IMG/VR virus record: IMGVR_UViG_3300031857_000133
Location: 2,904-66,903 of that record
Reading direction: 5' to 3' (one strand)
Length of the DNA: 64,000 bases
Source: a virus
Below the pieces are notes generated by a model. The model was given only the letters and a program-made list of their open reading frames with translations, was not told the origin of the DNA and did not search any database. Both the position numbers and the translations under genes were made by a program. Shown piece by piece: positions 1 through 11,006 of this stretch; the stretch's first letter is position 1, and each line of letters opens with the position of its first letter.

Positions 1-952
1 GCATAGACATGTGCTTACGTTCGTCACGAATCTCACCGGTGTTGGCATCATACACCAACTTGTTACGATACTTGATCATGATGTCACGTAGGTATTGTTC
101 TGCTTTACCACGTGGCAAGTTACCTACATCAATGTAAAAGATACGGCGTTCTGGCGCACGTGAAATGCGGTAGATAACAATCGCATCTTCAATCATTCTA
201 AGTTGATTGAGTGGCTTGATTGCTTTGTGTAGATATGAGATAACAAATGTATTCTTAGCATCCATCAAGCCAGAGTTGACGTTGATGATTGCATCTGGTG
301 CAATACGAATACCTTGACCTACATTTGAAGTAAATGTTTGAGTTGTTGTACCACGGTCATTATAGACATAGTATTCAGCAACCGATACAACAATCATTGC
401 TCCTGTTTTTGGATCACGATCTTTTTTAATCTCACGCACTTTACGGATCTTGCGTGGATCAATGTATCTAAGTTCTTGAATACCTTCTTTTGGATTCTTG
501 TCGTTGACTACGATATGATAAAATACACGACCATCAATATACCAACGTTTAAAAACATCGTCAGCCAAATTACTAAAGTTCAACATCTTTAATACCGTGT
601 TGAACTCTTCGATAATTTTTTTCTTGATTGTTTCTGGTTGTTTGAGATTGTCTAGAACAATATCAACAACTTTACCTTGATCGTCATGTGTGATGGCTTC
701 ATTGACGATTTCATCAATTGCCATTTGACACTCTGGATGATTTGACATCTCACGATAACGTGTGATGAGTTCTATTTCGTTTCGAACAGAACCTTCAAGA
801 TCAACATAGGTACCGTAGTAAGCATTTTGCGTAACGGTAACCGCACCATCATCTACGGTTGCGGAAGGCAGCGCAAAGGATGCCTGTTCAGGCTTTTCAG
901 CCTTGACGACATCCTTCGAGCCTATTGTAAAGCCGAAAAGTTTAATTGCCAT
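1..952 (-). CDS. gp20: portal vertex protein gp20 (5' part; runs off the left edge)
   Basis: Not in the ORF track. ATG at 952 reads MAIKLFGFTIG...; the translation contains ELITRYREMS, DGRIFYHIVV and KPLNQLRMIEDAIVIYRISRAPERRIFYIDVGNLP, typical of T4-like portal proteins; lies downstream of gp19. Confidence 0.95.
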   Translation of the reverse strand, partial: MAIKLFGFTIGSKDVVKAEKPEQASFALPSATVDDGAVTVTQNAYYGTYVDLEGSVRNEIELITRYREMSNHPECQMAIDEIVNEAITHDDQGKVVDIVLDNLKQPETIKKKIIEEFNTVLKMLNFSNLADDVFKRWYIDGRVFYHIVVNDKNPKEGIQELRYIDPRKIRKVREIKKDRDPKTGAMIVVSVAEYYVYNDRGTTTQTFTSNVGQGIRIAPDAIINVNSGLMDAKNTFVISYLHKAIKPLNQLRMIEDAIVIYRISRAPERRIFYIDVGNLPRGKAEQYLRDIMIKYRNKLVYDANTGEIRDERKHMSM

Positions 953-967
953 TAAGTATCATCCTGT

Positions 968-993
968 AATAAAAGTAGGGCAAAAGCCCTACT
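968..993 (-). terminator. intrinsic terminator after gp19
   Basis: Minus strand AGTAGGGC-TTTT-GCCCTACT (8-bp stem, 974-993) followed by TTTATT, immediately after the gp19 stop. Confidence 0.75.
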
Positions 994-994
994 C

Positions 995-1540
995 TTAGAC
1001 TACGCCGTTTTCAACTGATTCCCACCACTGATAGGTGAGAGTCACTGAAAACTCTTCAATAGTATCATTTGAACCCCAATCAACATCAATTGGAGTGATG
1101 TCAGAAGGAAACAAACCAACAAATTTATATTTCTTGATTGAATTTCCCGACTTGCCAAATTGTGTAACTTCACCATCAACAGTGTATCCTAATGGTGTAG
1201 TCGCAACTGGGTTACGAATGTTCAGATTATGGCTATTGATGCCATTCATCCAACGTTCGAAAGCATTACGAACAATAAAGTCTTCGTCATTAATGATTGT
1301 TACTGTCCAATCAGCAAATGTACGATTACCCACAAACTTTAATTCACGACCAAAGTATTGAACAGGCACAACGCCCAGAGTTGCTCCTGGAAGTTGTGCT
1401 GTCTTACACATGAACGTCATTTTTGTTTGTGCGTTTCCTGGTAATGAGAACGCAGGAAACGGCATACTTACCTCAAATAGATTTGGGCGGGCACCGTCAC
1501 CTGTTAATTGTGAACGGAACTGATTTACGTTAAATGCCAT
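995..1540 (-). CDS. gp19: tail tube protein gp19
   Basis: GARPNLFEV, CKTAQLPG, GRELKFVGNRTFADWTVTIINDEDF and IEEFSVTLTYQWW motifs; lies between gp18 and gp20. Confidence 0.96.
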   Translation of the reverse strand: MAFNVNQFRSQLTGDGARPNLFEVSMPFPAFSLPGNAQTKMTFMCKTAQLPGATLGVVPVQYFGRELKFVGNRTFADWTVTIINDEDFIVRNAFERWMNGINSHNLNIRNPVATTPLGYTVDGEVTQFGKSGNSIKKYKFVGLFPSDITPIDVDWGSNDTIEEFSVTLTYQWWESVENGVV

Positions 1541-1562
1541 TTAATTTTCTCCTGTTTCTCTT

Positions 1563-1570
1563 TATTTAGA
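1563..1570 (-). promoter_or_regulatory. T4-like late promoter (TCTAAATA) upstream of gp19
   Basis: Matches the (A/C)TAAATA motif that recurs in front of structural genes in this window; overlaps the gp18 stop codon. Confidence 0.55.
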
Positions 1571-3254
1571 CTGTACCTACCACTTCACTGAAACTTACAC
1601 CCGTACGTACTGCAACGAAGTTAAGTTGAATGAAGTTAATCGAACGAGCAGGTTTAATGTAAATGTCACCAACAAATTCATTACGATCAATAACTCCTGG
1701 TGTGTTGTTCGTGTCATCACAGACCACACGGAAGTCGGTAATACCACGACGACCTTGGACATCACGCAGGAATGGCTCTACTAAAGAAACAAATTGGGCA
1801 CGTGTAAACTGATCATTAAACTCAAACAGAGAGAAACGTGCTGCACGTGAAATTGCTTTTTCAAGTGTGATGAACAAACGGCGAACATTGATACGATCAA
1901 ATGCGCTTGGCTTACTCAACATTGTCTTGTCACCATATAGAACTGTGCCTTCACCTGGGAACGAAACAACAGGATTAACACCTTTTTGATACAGTGTATC
2001 ACGTTCTGTTTTTGTTGGATTCCAAGCAAGTTTGATGATGTTTTTAATTACTCCACGATTCATACCACCAGGTGAGAACCATGGATCACGTTCTGTATCG
2101 GTACGTACACATACGCCGGCAATGTCACCGTTAAGAGGAATCCAACGATAAACATCATTGTACTTATCGTACTGATATTTGTAGCCTGAATCGATTACTG
2201 CATATGAAGATGATGTTAATGTATCACGATATGCCACAACATCCGTTGCTTCATTACCAGCATTATCAACACAGTCTGCTTTTTCTGGAGAAAGGAATGC
2301 AACGCAGTCTTTACGTCCCTCAGCAATATTGCTAACAACATATGAAGCAACTGTGCTATTGCCTGTGCCAGTTACACATAAAGAGATTTCAACCGCTTCT
2401 GTATTTTTAAACAAATCCCATCCAGAATTAATTTGTGATGCGCCTACTACGCCGTCTGCACCATTTGACAGAGAGTATTCTACGTTTGCTGTGGTCGTTT
2501 TAAACGATGAAGCGTTGGCAGTAGAACCCCATGCTGTGCCAGCACTTAGATTTGCTGTTGCCGGATGTGCAGCCCACCATACATATTTTGATCTGTTTGA
2601 AATAACATTCTTGTAGTAATTGCTGTTGCCAGAATCATCTTTTGCATCCGATGCTTTTGAAACGAACGCATATTTTTCTAGAATTGTACCTGCTGTACCT
2701 GTCCACAAGCCATCTTCATCAACAACGACGATGTGAACTTCATCGTTTGCGCCGCCTTTGTTTGCAACGTATTCCGATGTTCCAGTATTTGCGCTGAATT
2801 GTGTGCGGTAAGGCCATGTTGCAAATGTTCCTAAATCTGCCATGGAAATTTTTAGTGAATTACCTAAAGCACCTGGCCAACGTGCTACCCATCCACCGTA
2901 TGCGCCATCAGGATAATTGCTGTGATTGTCGTTCCAGTCATCCTCATTCTTAACGACAATTGCTCCGCCGTTTGCACTAGCGTTATTTGCGCCACTAGCA
3001 AGGGCACGAACGACTTTTAGATTGTTGCCATACGCCAGGAAATTCGCTGCGGAGAACCAATATTCATAATTATTGTTGTCTGGTTTACCAAACGTGTCCG
3101 CTAAACGAACCTCGTCGGCAATGGTTGTAACTACACTACATGGTCCCCAATTAAAAGGTCCTGAAAAAGCGCCAGCGGAAGTGACAACTGAAGGAATAAC
3201 TGTAGTCAGATCAATCTCTGATACATTCACTCCAGGTGATAATTGAAATGCCAT
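1566..3254 (-). CDS. gp18: tail sheath protein gp18
   Basis: MAFQLSPGVNVSEIDLT N-terminus, PWFSPGG, SAFDRINVRRLF and YIKPARSINFIQLNFVA motifs. Confidence 0.97.
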   Translation of the reverse strand: MAFQLSPGVNVSEIDLTTVIPSVVTSAGAFSGPFNWGPCSVVTTIADEVRLADTFGKPDNNNYEYWFSAANFLAYGNNLKVVRALASGANNASANGGAIVVKNEDDWNDNHSNYPDGAYGGWVARWPGALGNSLKISMADLGTFATWPYRTQFSANTGTSEYVANKGGANDEVHIVVVDEDGLWTGTAGTILEKYAFVSKASDAKDDSGNSNYYKNVISNRSKYVWWAAHPATANLSAGTAWGSTANASSFKTTTANVEYSLSNGADGVVGASQINSGWDLFKNTEAVEISLCVTGTGNSTVASYVVSNIAEGRKDCVAFLSPEKADCVDNAGNEATDVVAYRDTLTSSSYAVIDSGYKYQYDKYNDVYRWIPLNGDIAGVCVRTDTERDPWFSPGGMNRGVIKNIIKLAWNPTKTERDTLYQKGVNPVVSFPGEGTVLYGDKTMLSKPSAFDRINVRRLFITLEKAISRAARFSLFEFNDQFTRAQFVSLVEPFLRDVQGRRGITDFRVVCDDTNNTPGVIDRNEFVGDIYIKPARSINFIQLNFVAVRTGVSFSEVVGTV

Positions 3255-3298
3255 TGGATTTCTCCTTTTATTGTTGGGTCAATATTCTTTTTATGGTG

Positions 3299-3306
3299 TA
3301 TTTAGT
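3299..3306 (-). promoter_or_regulatory. T4-like late promoter (ACTAAATA) upstream of gp18
   Basis: Intergenic; followed by an AAGGAG Shine-Dalgarno sequence before the gp18 ATG; the same octamer occurs at 15868 and 22269. Confidence 0.65.
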
Positions 3307-3309
3307 TTT

Positions 3310-4944
<1,635 letters not shown>

Positions 4945-5379
4945 TTAACGTGTGAAACTCTTCAGCATCCAACCATGTTTCTGATGAGCATCAAGAATAT
5001 CTTGTAAGAAGTTGCCTACCGCAGGTTCGTCTGCCGCATCTGCAAGTGCAATACCTGTACGCAATTCCATGATATACTTGTCATTGTCTTGAGCAAGTTC
5101 AGACATCATGATAAGTGGTGAAGGTATGGCAACAATGTCTTGCACCTTTGACAGTTCCATCATTCGTGCAAGTGTTGTTGGTGCATATGAATTTAACGCA
5201 CGAATATGTTCGGCAATTGAATCGGTCTGATCAAACACTGCATCATAAAAGTCTCCTAAGAAACCATGATACTGTGCAAAGTCTGGACCCTCTACATTCC
5301 AATGAAAGGTGTGTGCTTTGAAATACAAACCAAAGTTTGTACCTAAAATAACCTTCATCTGTTCGATTAGTTGTTCCAT
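4945..5379 (-). CDS. dps: Dps-family ferritin-like DNA-protection protein
   Basis: 144 aa four-helix pattern with AHTFHWNVEGPDFAQYHGFLGDFY...DSIAEHIRAL (Dps ferroxidase ligands H, H, D, E) and a C-terminal KHGWMLKS. Confidence 0.9.
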   Translation of the reverse strand: MEQLIEQMKVILGTNFGLYFKAHTFHWNVEGPDFAQYHGFLGDFYDAVFDQTDSIAEHIRALNSYAPTTLARMMELSKVQDIVAIPSPLIMMSELAQDNDKYIMELRTGIALADAADEPAVGNFLQDILDAHQKHGWMLKSFTR

Positions 5380-5383
5380 AATT

Positions 5384-5785
5384 TTATTTATTTCCTTTAA
5401 TCATTTTAAGTAATTCGTTAGTGGAGCCAACAAACACTGCCTTATCTATGTTGACTCCTTTACTAGTTTCAGATTGAGGTGCAAGCTCTTTTTTTCTTTT
5501 CTGTAACTCTAGTAAATCTTTGTTCATCTCAGCCAAATTCTTCATCATTGTGGCTAAGACTTCATATGCTCTTGGTGATTCTGATTGATTTGCAACTGAT
5601 GCCAGTTCTGTCATTGCTCTGTTGCCATTATTAATTAGTTCACGCATATTTGTACGAGCAAATTCAGCATCAGCGTCAATTTGATTGTTGCTGTCATTTA
5701 CAACAGCAGGCAATGTTTCTATAGTTTTTTCTTCAATCGGTTCAACATCGAAGATTTCTGATAAGTTTTTATTTAATTTTTTCAT
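5384..5785 (-). CDS. gp16: terminase small subunit gp16
   Basis: ESPRAYEVLATMMK and VFVGSTNELLKMIK motifs typical of T4-like gp16; follows gp15. Confidence 0.92.
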   Translation of the reverse strand: MKKLNKNLSEIFDVEPIEEKTIETLPAVVNDSNNQIDADAEFARTNMRELINNGNRAMTELASVANQSESPRAYEVLATMMKNLAEMNKDLLELQKRKKELAPQSETSKGVNIDKAVFVGSTNELLKMIKGNK

Positions 5786-6780
5786 AATGTATCAGGCCAT
5801 TCTTTAATTGTTTCAATGAATCCAAAGTCCGAAGGTGGCGCAGCATTTGTAGGAGTAGGCTCAGTGATTATTGCAACTGCATTAATTGAATTGATGTCTG
5901 ATGTTGAGACATTATATCTTGCGCCAGAATAATCACCCGTAAGAGTATATCCAGTTTCAATATACTTATTACCGCCAGTAATAACTAACGCTCCTAATGA
6001 TGTGTTGCTGAAGTATTCTACCGTGCCAAAGAAACCATTTGCAGAATCACGAATTGTTTCACCAGTGGTAAATACATTATTACCATTTGCGTAATCGACG
6101 TAAACTTTTTGTACCAGTTTTGATGTTAAATCAATATTCAGATTCGAATTTGCAGCATGAATAATTTTGCCAGATTTGACAGGTGGCCAGATGAAACTCT
6201 TAGCCGTAAACGTCAAATCCCACATAATTATTCTTGTTGTGCCATCACTCATTCCACCTTCATACTCAACTGTAGATGCTACAGAATTCAGTATAATAGG
6301 CACAGTATATTTCTGACCCATCGATGGAATAAAATCTACAACAACACTAAAGTCTGGTGTGAAGAATGGTAAAATTTGTTCGAGTATCTGTGTGCCGTCT
6401 TCTGTATTGCGAACATAAATCGACAGACTGAACTCGAAATTATAAGGCACAGGAAGAAACTGTGTTGCAACACCGGTGTTTGTCGCAGCAGAAAAATTTT
6501 GTAGTGTTGAAATTTGTTTACGGCTTGCATCATACTCAAGACTGTCAAGATTGAATGACATTCTTGGTATAACAGAATTAATTGACTTAACTAAATTTGG
6601 ATCGGATGTAATCTGTGTCAGATATCTTTCTTTTGGTCCATAAGATAGTGGTACTTTAAGTTTTTCTTTTGGATTACCTGACTGTGTATAGCGAACAATC
6701 TCAAGATCATTAAACAACGTGCCAAACACAACAACCATCTTACGAATGGTGCGGTGATAAAACTGAGCATTACCTAACAT
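5782..6780 (-). CDS. gp15: tail sheath stabiliser/completion protein gp15
   Basis: FYHRTIRKMVVVFGTLFN, KVPLSYGPK, PRMSF and QILEQILPFFTP motifs. Confidence 0.95.
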   Translation of the reverse strand: MLGNAQFYHRTIRKMVVVFGTLFNDLEIVRYTQSGNPKEKLKVPLSYGPKERYLTQITSDPNLVKSINSVIPRMSFNLDSLEYDASRKQISTLQNFSAATNTGVATQFLPVPYNFEFSLSIYVRNTEDGTQILEQILPFFTPDFSVVVDFIPSMGQKYTVPIILNSVASTVEYEGGMSDGTTRIIMWDLTFTAKSFIWPPVKSGKIIHAANSNLNIDLTSKLVQKVYVDYANGNNVFTTGETIRDSANGFFGTVEYFSNTSLGALVITGGNKYIETGYTLTGDYSGARYNVSTSDINSINAVAIITEPTPTNAAPPSDFGFIETIKEWPDTL

Positions 6781-7685
6781 TACGGTTCTCCAAACGGATT
6801 AACTTCCGTAAAGTCGATGATGCCATCACTGGCTGCTTCAATACGTGCATTGTCGATAATGTCTTCAAACGCTGTGTTCTGAACTGGCGCATCCGTTGCA
6901 AGCGTTACTGTCCACTGTGCGCTGCTTGTGTTACCGTGTACATTGGCTGATGATGTAAAATCACCCTGCATACGATACACATCGATGTATGCATTTGGCT
7001 GAAAATCATAAACTAATGCTTGTGCTGTGGCTGAAGAAAGATTTGAACCTTGATAAACAATCTCATCATTAACGAATCTGCCCGAACCTGATCCTAATGA
7101 TATACGAAGTTTTGGATAGTAATTACGAATGTTACCATCAATCTCATCAATTCCAGTTTCGATAACCTCATTTGAGAAATAAAATTGTTTCATTTTCAAA
7201 GCATACACATACACATTACCACCACGACCACGGCCTAATGTGTAGAACATTGCTTGATCGTTCTCTGATTCTACGCTGGTAATCTCAAAGAAACTTGTAG
7301 TCATTGGTATGTAAATCAAATCACCTTCAAGTGGTCGTGTCAGACCATTGACCGCATATCTAAATCTCAATCTAGATACAAGCAACGTTGCTTCGTCACG
7401 AATCTCTAAACCAAACTTAGATATAAAGTCTTGCTCACCATCAAACCCAGTTACATTTTCTAGGTACATTTCAATCGGATGTGCAGTACGATATTCTTTT
7501 AGAACATCTTCACCGAACAAATAATCTACTTGATCACGTGTTGTACGTGGTAGATAATAAACATCCAAGCCATAAATCTTGAGTGCTTCAATAACAAGAT
7601 TTTCAACCAATAGTTGTTCTGGAGTGATAACATTACCACCTCCTAATCTACTGGGAAAATTATTGAAGTAAAAGTTTGTAGTCAT
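6780..7685 (-). CDS. gp14: neck protein gp14
   Basis: EQLLVENLVIEALKIYGLDVYYLPR, SKFGLEIRDE, RPLEGDLIY and C-terminal DFTEVNPFGE. Confidence 0.94.
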   Translation of the reverse strand: MTTNFYFNNFPSRLGGGNVITPEQLLVENLVIEALKIYGLDVYYLPRTTRDQVDYLFGEDVLKEYRTAHPIEMYLENVTGFDGEQDFISKFGLEIRDEATLLVSRLRFRYAVNGLTRPLEGDLIYIPMTTSFFEITSVESENDQAMFYTLGRGRGGNVYVYALKMKQFYFSNEVIETGIDEIDGNIRNYYPKLRISLGSGSGRFVNDEIVYQGSNLSSATAQALVYDFQPNAYIDVYRMQGDFTSSANVHGNTSSAQWTVTLATDAPVQNTAFEDIIDNARIEAASDGIIDFTEVNPFGEP

Positions 7686-8638
7686 TAGCCAGTAAAGATT
7701 TCTGACGGCAGTGAACCCATCATATAAATCTGTTCTTCCATATCTTTTATTTCTTCCGATGCTTCATCATAAATCTTTTGACCATTTAATGTGACACCGC
7801 CTGGCATTTGAATGCCCTCAAACTTTTTGAGATTGTTGCCCCATTGTTGTTTGATTTTTGCGGTAGCCAATTGTTTCAGAAAACGATCATTCCAAATATC
7901 CGTAGTGCCTTCAATTTGAATTGCGGAATTATTATGTGTTAATGTTGGTGGACCAATCAATGTTAGACTTGTAGGCGACTCAATATTACCAACTTGTTTT
8001 GATTCTCCACCAATAGAAATGAAGTCGAACGGTACAATTTCTTGATCAAACTTTGTACCATAACCCACAATTGTATTCGACGAAGGTGAACCACTCACTG
8101 TGCCTGTCAATACAACAGTTTCTGGTTGAATTGCACGATAACACTCAACGACAATCCATTCACCAGGTTCAACATCTCTGGTCCAATCGATGTCTAAGAA
8201 CACTTTGTTTTGGTGACGGTTGAAACGAAACTGTGGTGTACCAGAGAAAAGTAAATTCAGTGTACGTAGATGCTGCATCGTGATTTCATATGACACATAA
8301 GATACCGACGTAAAGTCATAGAGATCGTGCAGACGCAACTGATAACGCAAGTCAAACATGTTGATTGACGCATTTGATTGGTCAAACGGAAAAATGCCTG
8401 TGACAAATTGTACGGCATCTGGACAATAAATCCATTTACGATTGATGTCTTCCTGCGTAATCTGATGTTTCATGAACAGTTTTTCTGTTCCATCATAATG
8501 ATAATCACGCCAAAAACCGAGCGCATCCTCAATGCGATCATCAACTTGATCATCATCTACGTTAATTTCAATGACTGGCCAGCCTAATCTACGTAGGCAG
8601 TAGTCTTTGAATTGTTGTCTTGTTCTTATAGTTGCCAT
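7685..8638 (-). CDS. gp13: neck protein gp13
   Basis: YCLRRLGWPVIEINVDDDQVDDRI and KQQWGNNLKKFEGIQMPGGVTLNG motifs. Confidence 0.95.
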   Translation of the reverse strand: MATIRTRQQFKDYCLRRLGWPVIEINVDDDQVDDRIEDALGFWRDYHYDGTEKLFMKHQITQEDINRKWIYCPDAVQFVTGIFPFDQSNASINMFDLRYQLRLHDLYDFTSVSYVSYEITMQHLRTLNLLFSGTPQFRFNRHQNKVFLDIDWTRDVEPGEWIVVECYRAIQPETVVLTGTVSGSPSSNTIVGYGTKFDQEIVPFDFISIGGESKQVGNIESPTSLTLIGPPTLTHNNSAIQIEGTTDIWNDRFLKQLATAKIKQQWGNNLKKFEGIQMPGGVTLNGQKIYDEASEEIKDMEEQIYMMGSLPSEIFTG

Positions 8639-8653
8639 AGTTGTTTATTTATT

Positions 8654-9568
8654 TTAGCCCCATTTGACAATAACGACACCTGAACCACCATTGGTTGTTG
8701 CACCGCCACCACCACCGCCACGATTAGATACAGCTGGAGTTCCTGCACTAGTGACACCTGCTGTACCACCATTCGCACCACCACAAATGAAATGTCCAAA
8801 ACCACCTGAGCCTGCTGGCGTATCAATTGCACCTCCACCACCACCAGCAAAACCAGTATTTGAACCGGTAATTGTTGAAAATATTCCTATACCACCGTTT
8901 CCTGCAATGATAGGTCCACCCCAAAAATTCGTGCTACTACCACCACCTACTCCACCGGCACCACCTCCACCACCAACACCTTTGGTGCCAGTATTGAAAA
9001 AACCAGCACCGCCATCAAAACCTTCTGCTGGACTGTAAGCACCAGCATTTCCTAAGCCACCCGGTGAATTTGGACCCCAAGCACCAGGTTGATTTGAAAC
9101 TCCTCCTCCACCTCCAGAACCGCCAGCAAATCCGCCACCTAAAAATGTATCATTTGCACCACCACCGCCGCCGGTTCCCCAAACTGCACCACCTCCACTT
9201 GTCGTAACAAAAAAACCACTATTTGAACCTGATGCTGAACTTCCTCCAGCACCGACAGAAATCGTATAACTTGTTCCAGGAGACACTGAATGTGAGTTGC
9301 TGATTCTAACTCCTCCTCCACCACCGCCTCCACCAGCAACGCCACCACCGCCTCCACCAGCAACAATAAGATAACTGATAGTTGAAACGCCTGGTGGCAC
9401 AATCCATGTATCGGATGATAAGAATATTCTAAAGGGAGGACCTATTGGTCCGAAACCCGGTGCTGTAAATCTCCTTAAACTGAATAAATTATCTTTGTAG
9501 TTACGAACGCCCGGCGTAGTAAATTTTTTTACACTGAATTTATTATTCGTATACCTACGAATCGACAT
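8654..9568 (-). CDS. glycine-rich adhesin-like protein (single polyglycine domain)
   Basis: W.VP.GV..ISYLIVAGGGGGG...GGSGVVIVKW architecture with multiple GGG runs, as in phage glycine-rich (gp38-like) receptor-binding domains. Confidence 0.7.
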   Translation of the reverse strand: MSIRRYTNNKFSVKKFTTPGVRNYKDNLFSLRRFTAPGFGPIGPPFRIFLSSDTWIVPPGVSTISYLIVAGGGGGGVAGGGGGGGGVRISNSHSVSPGTSYTISVGAGGSSASGSNSGFFVTTSGGGAVWGTGGGGGANDTFLGGGFAGGSGGGGGVSNQPGAWGPNSPGGLGNAGAYSPAEGFDGGAGFFNTGTKGVGGGGGAGGVGGGSSTNFWGGPIIAGNGGIGIFSTITGSNTGFAGGGGGAIDTPAGSGGFGHFICGGANGGTAGVTSAGTPAVSNRGGGGGGATTNGGSGVVIVKWG

Positions 9569-9897
9569 TAGTACATCTCCGTACCAAATGCACTAAACGA
9601 AACTGTGGTTGTATTGGCGTTTACTGATATTTGCGACGAAGCATTTAAAGTAATACCTAAACTTAAAGAAATAGAATCATTACCCGGAATAGACACACGC
9701 CACGCTAGATAGTTTGCATTTGCAGTCGCTACGCCAGATACATTTGCGGCCACACTAAACACGGCAGCGTTAGCATCCAAATTAGCAATATTAATTGATG
9801 AAATGACAGCGGAATTTGCAGCAGGTACTTGATACAATCTTGTTAAAGTGTTTGCTGCTGGATTTTGTTGACCTAAAATGGTATAATTTCTTGGCAT
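9568..9897 (-). CDS. small fibre-associated adaptor-like protein (ILGQ type)
   Basis: 109 aa, beta-rich; close paralog of 31413-31757; its stop overlaps the start of the downstream Gly-rich gene. Confidence 0.55.
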   Translation of the reverse strand: MPRNYTILGQQNPAANTLTRLYQVPAANSAVISSINIANLDANAAVFSVAANVSGVATANANYLAWRVSIPGNDSISLSLGITLNASSQISVNANTTTVSFSAFGTEMY

Positions 9898-9906
9898 TAT
9901 TTTTCC

Positions 9907-10227
9907 TTATGAGCCTAAACCAAATAAAAAATAATCTTCAAAGGCGTTAGGTTCAGATAACTTAGCGTTTGTGACTGCGCCATTCGCAATCAGATTTTCT
10001 GTGACTGAACTTGCAACAATATTATTTGTGCGAACAACATTTGATGACAACAAATTACCCGTAATAGAACCTGCAACAATATTGTTCGTTGCAATAACAT
10101 TTGACGGCAATAAATTACCGGTTATAGCACCAGTAACAATATTGTTTGTGCTGACAGAAGTAGGTCCTATGGTATTACCAATTACGGCACCACTTTGAAT
10201 TATACTCGTTCTAACTCTTTGTATCAT
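9907..10227 (-). CDS. short fibre stem protein with NNIVxGxITGNL repeats
   Basis: 20-aa repeats and C-terminal FEDYFLFGLGS, similar to the end of 31772-32320. Confidence 0.55.
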   Translation of the reverse strand: MIQRVRTSIIQSGAVIGNTIGPTSVSTNNIVTGAITGNLLPSNVIATNNIVAGSITGNLLSSNVVRTNNIVASSVTENLIANGAVTNAKLSEPNAFEDYFLFGLGS

Positions 10228-10235
10228 TCTAAACC

Positions 10236-10973
10236 TTAACTAATTTGTCCTTGAGCCAGTGCAAAATTGCTGTTTGATGCCAACACCGTGTATGTATTTG
10301 CTGCTGTCTTTAAAATATTAAATGAATATAAATCGATTGATTCTTGTTGTGCTGTAGCAAAACCTGGTGCAGAATTGCCTAACCACCAAACAGTTTGTAA
10401 AACTCCATCTACATGTACATTTGCACGATATCTTATGGCGCCTTGCTTTAACAAAATTGCAGAACTAACTGATTGTCCTAAACCTAATTGAGAGTCTAAA
10501 GTATTTTGTGTATTTGCTCTAAAGTTGAATGTTACATTACCAGTGGTGTTTGACGAAAAGAAATATACAGTATTATTCAAAACATTAATAATCACATTAC
10601 CAGTAGCACCAGTAGTAAATACATTTGCAGTTTCAAAAACTCTAACTAAAGATAAAGATAGATTGGGTGTAAGTGTATTTGAGCCCACAGCCGATGCTGC
10701 AATCAGGTTACCTGTGACAGAACCAGCAACAATATTATTTGTACCAATGATGTTCGGATTTAAATGGTTACCAGATATTGATGCATTAACAATCAAATTA
10801 CCAGTAATAGAACCAGCAACAATATTATTTGTACCAATAATGTTCGGATTCAAATGATTGCCAGAAATCGCCGCTGCCGCTATTGAGTTACCTTGAATAG
10901 CACCCGTGGCAATTTTGCCTGCAATGATGGCGGCTTCTGCTATACGACCCGATTCTACTTTTTGTTCTGACAT
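10236..10973 (-). CDS. tail fibre segment protein (repeat shaft plus C-terminal TYTVL domain)
   Basis: 30-aa direct repeat ISGNHLNPNIIGTNNIVAGS.TGNLI; C-terminal ~140-aa domain paralogous to those in 12088-12732 and 29070-30026. Confidence 0.6.
   Translation of the reverse strand: MSEQKVESGRIAEAAIIAGKIATGAIQGNSIAAAAISGNHLNPNIIGTNNIVAGSITGNLIVNASISGNHLNPNIIGTNNIVAGSVTGNLIAASAVGSNTLTPNLSLSLVRVFETANVFTTGATGNVIINVLNNTVYFFSSNTTGNVTFNFRANTQNTLDSQLGLGQSVSSAILLKQGAIRYRANVHVDGVLQTVWWLGNSAPGFATAQQESIDLYSFNILKTAANTYTVLASNSNFALAQGQIS
10720..10870. repeat. coding direct repeat with 90-bp period
   Basis: aaccagcaacaatattatttgtaccaat.atgttcggatt.aaatg occurs at 10721 and again at 10811. Confidence 0.8.
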
Positions 10974-11006
10974 TTTAAACCATTTTTAATTTTTAGATAA
11001 ACACAA

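Noticed and set aside
338-592. 84-aa plus-strand ORF
   Set aside because: It is antisense to the portal gene gp20, which the ORF track missed because it runs off the window edge.
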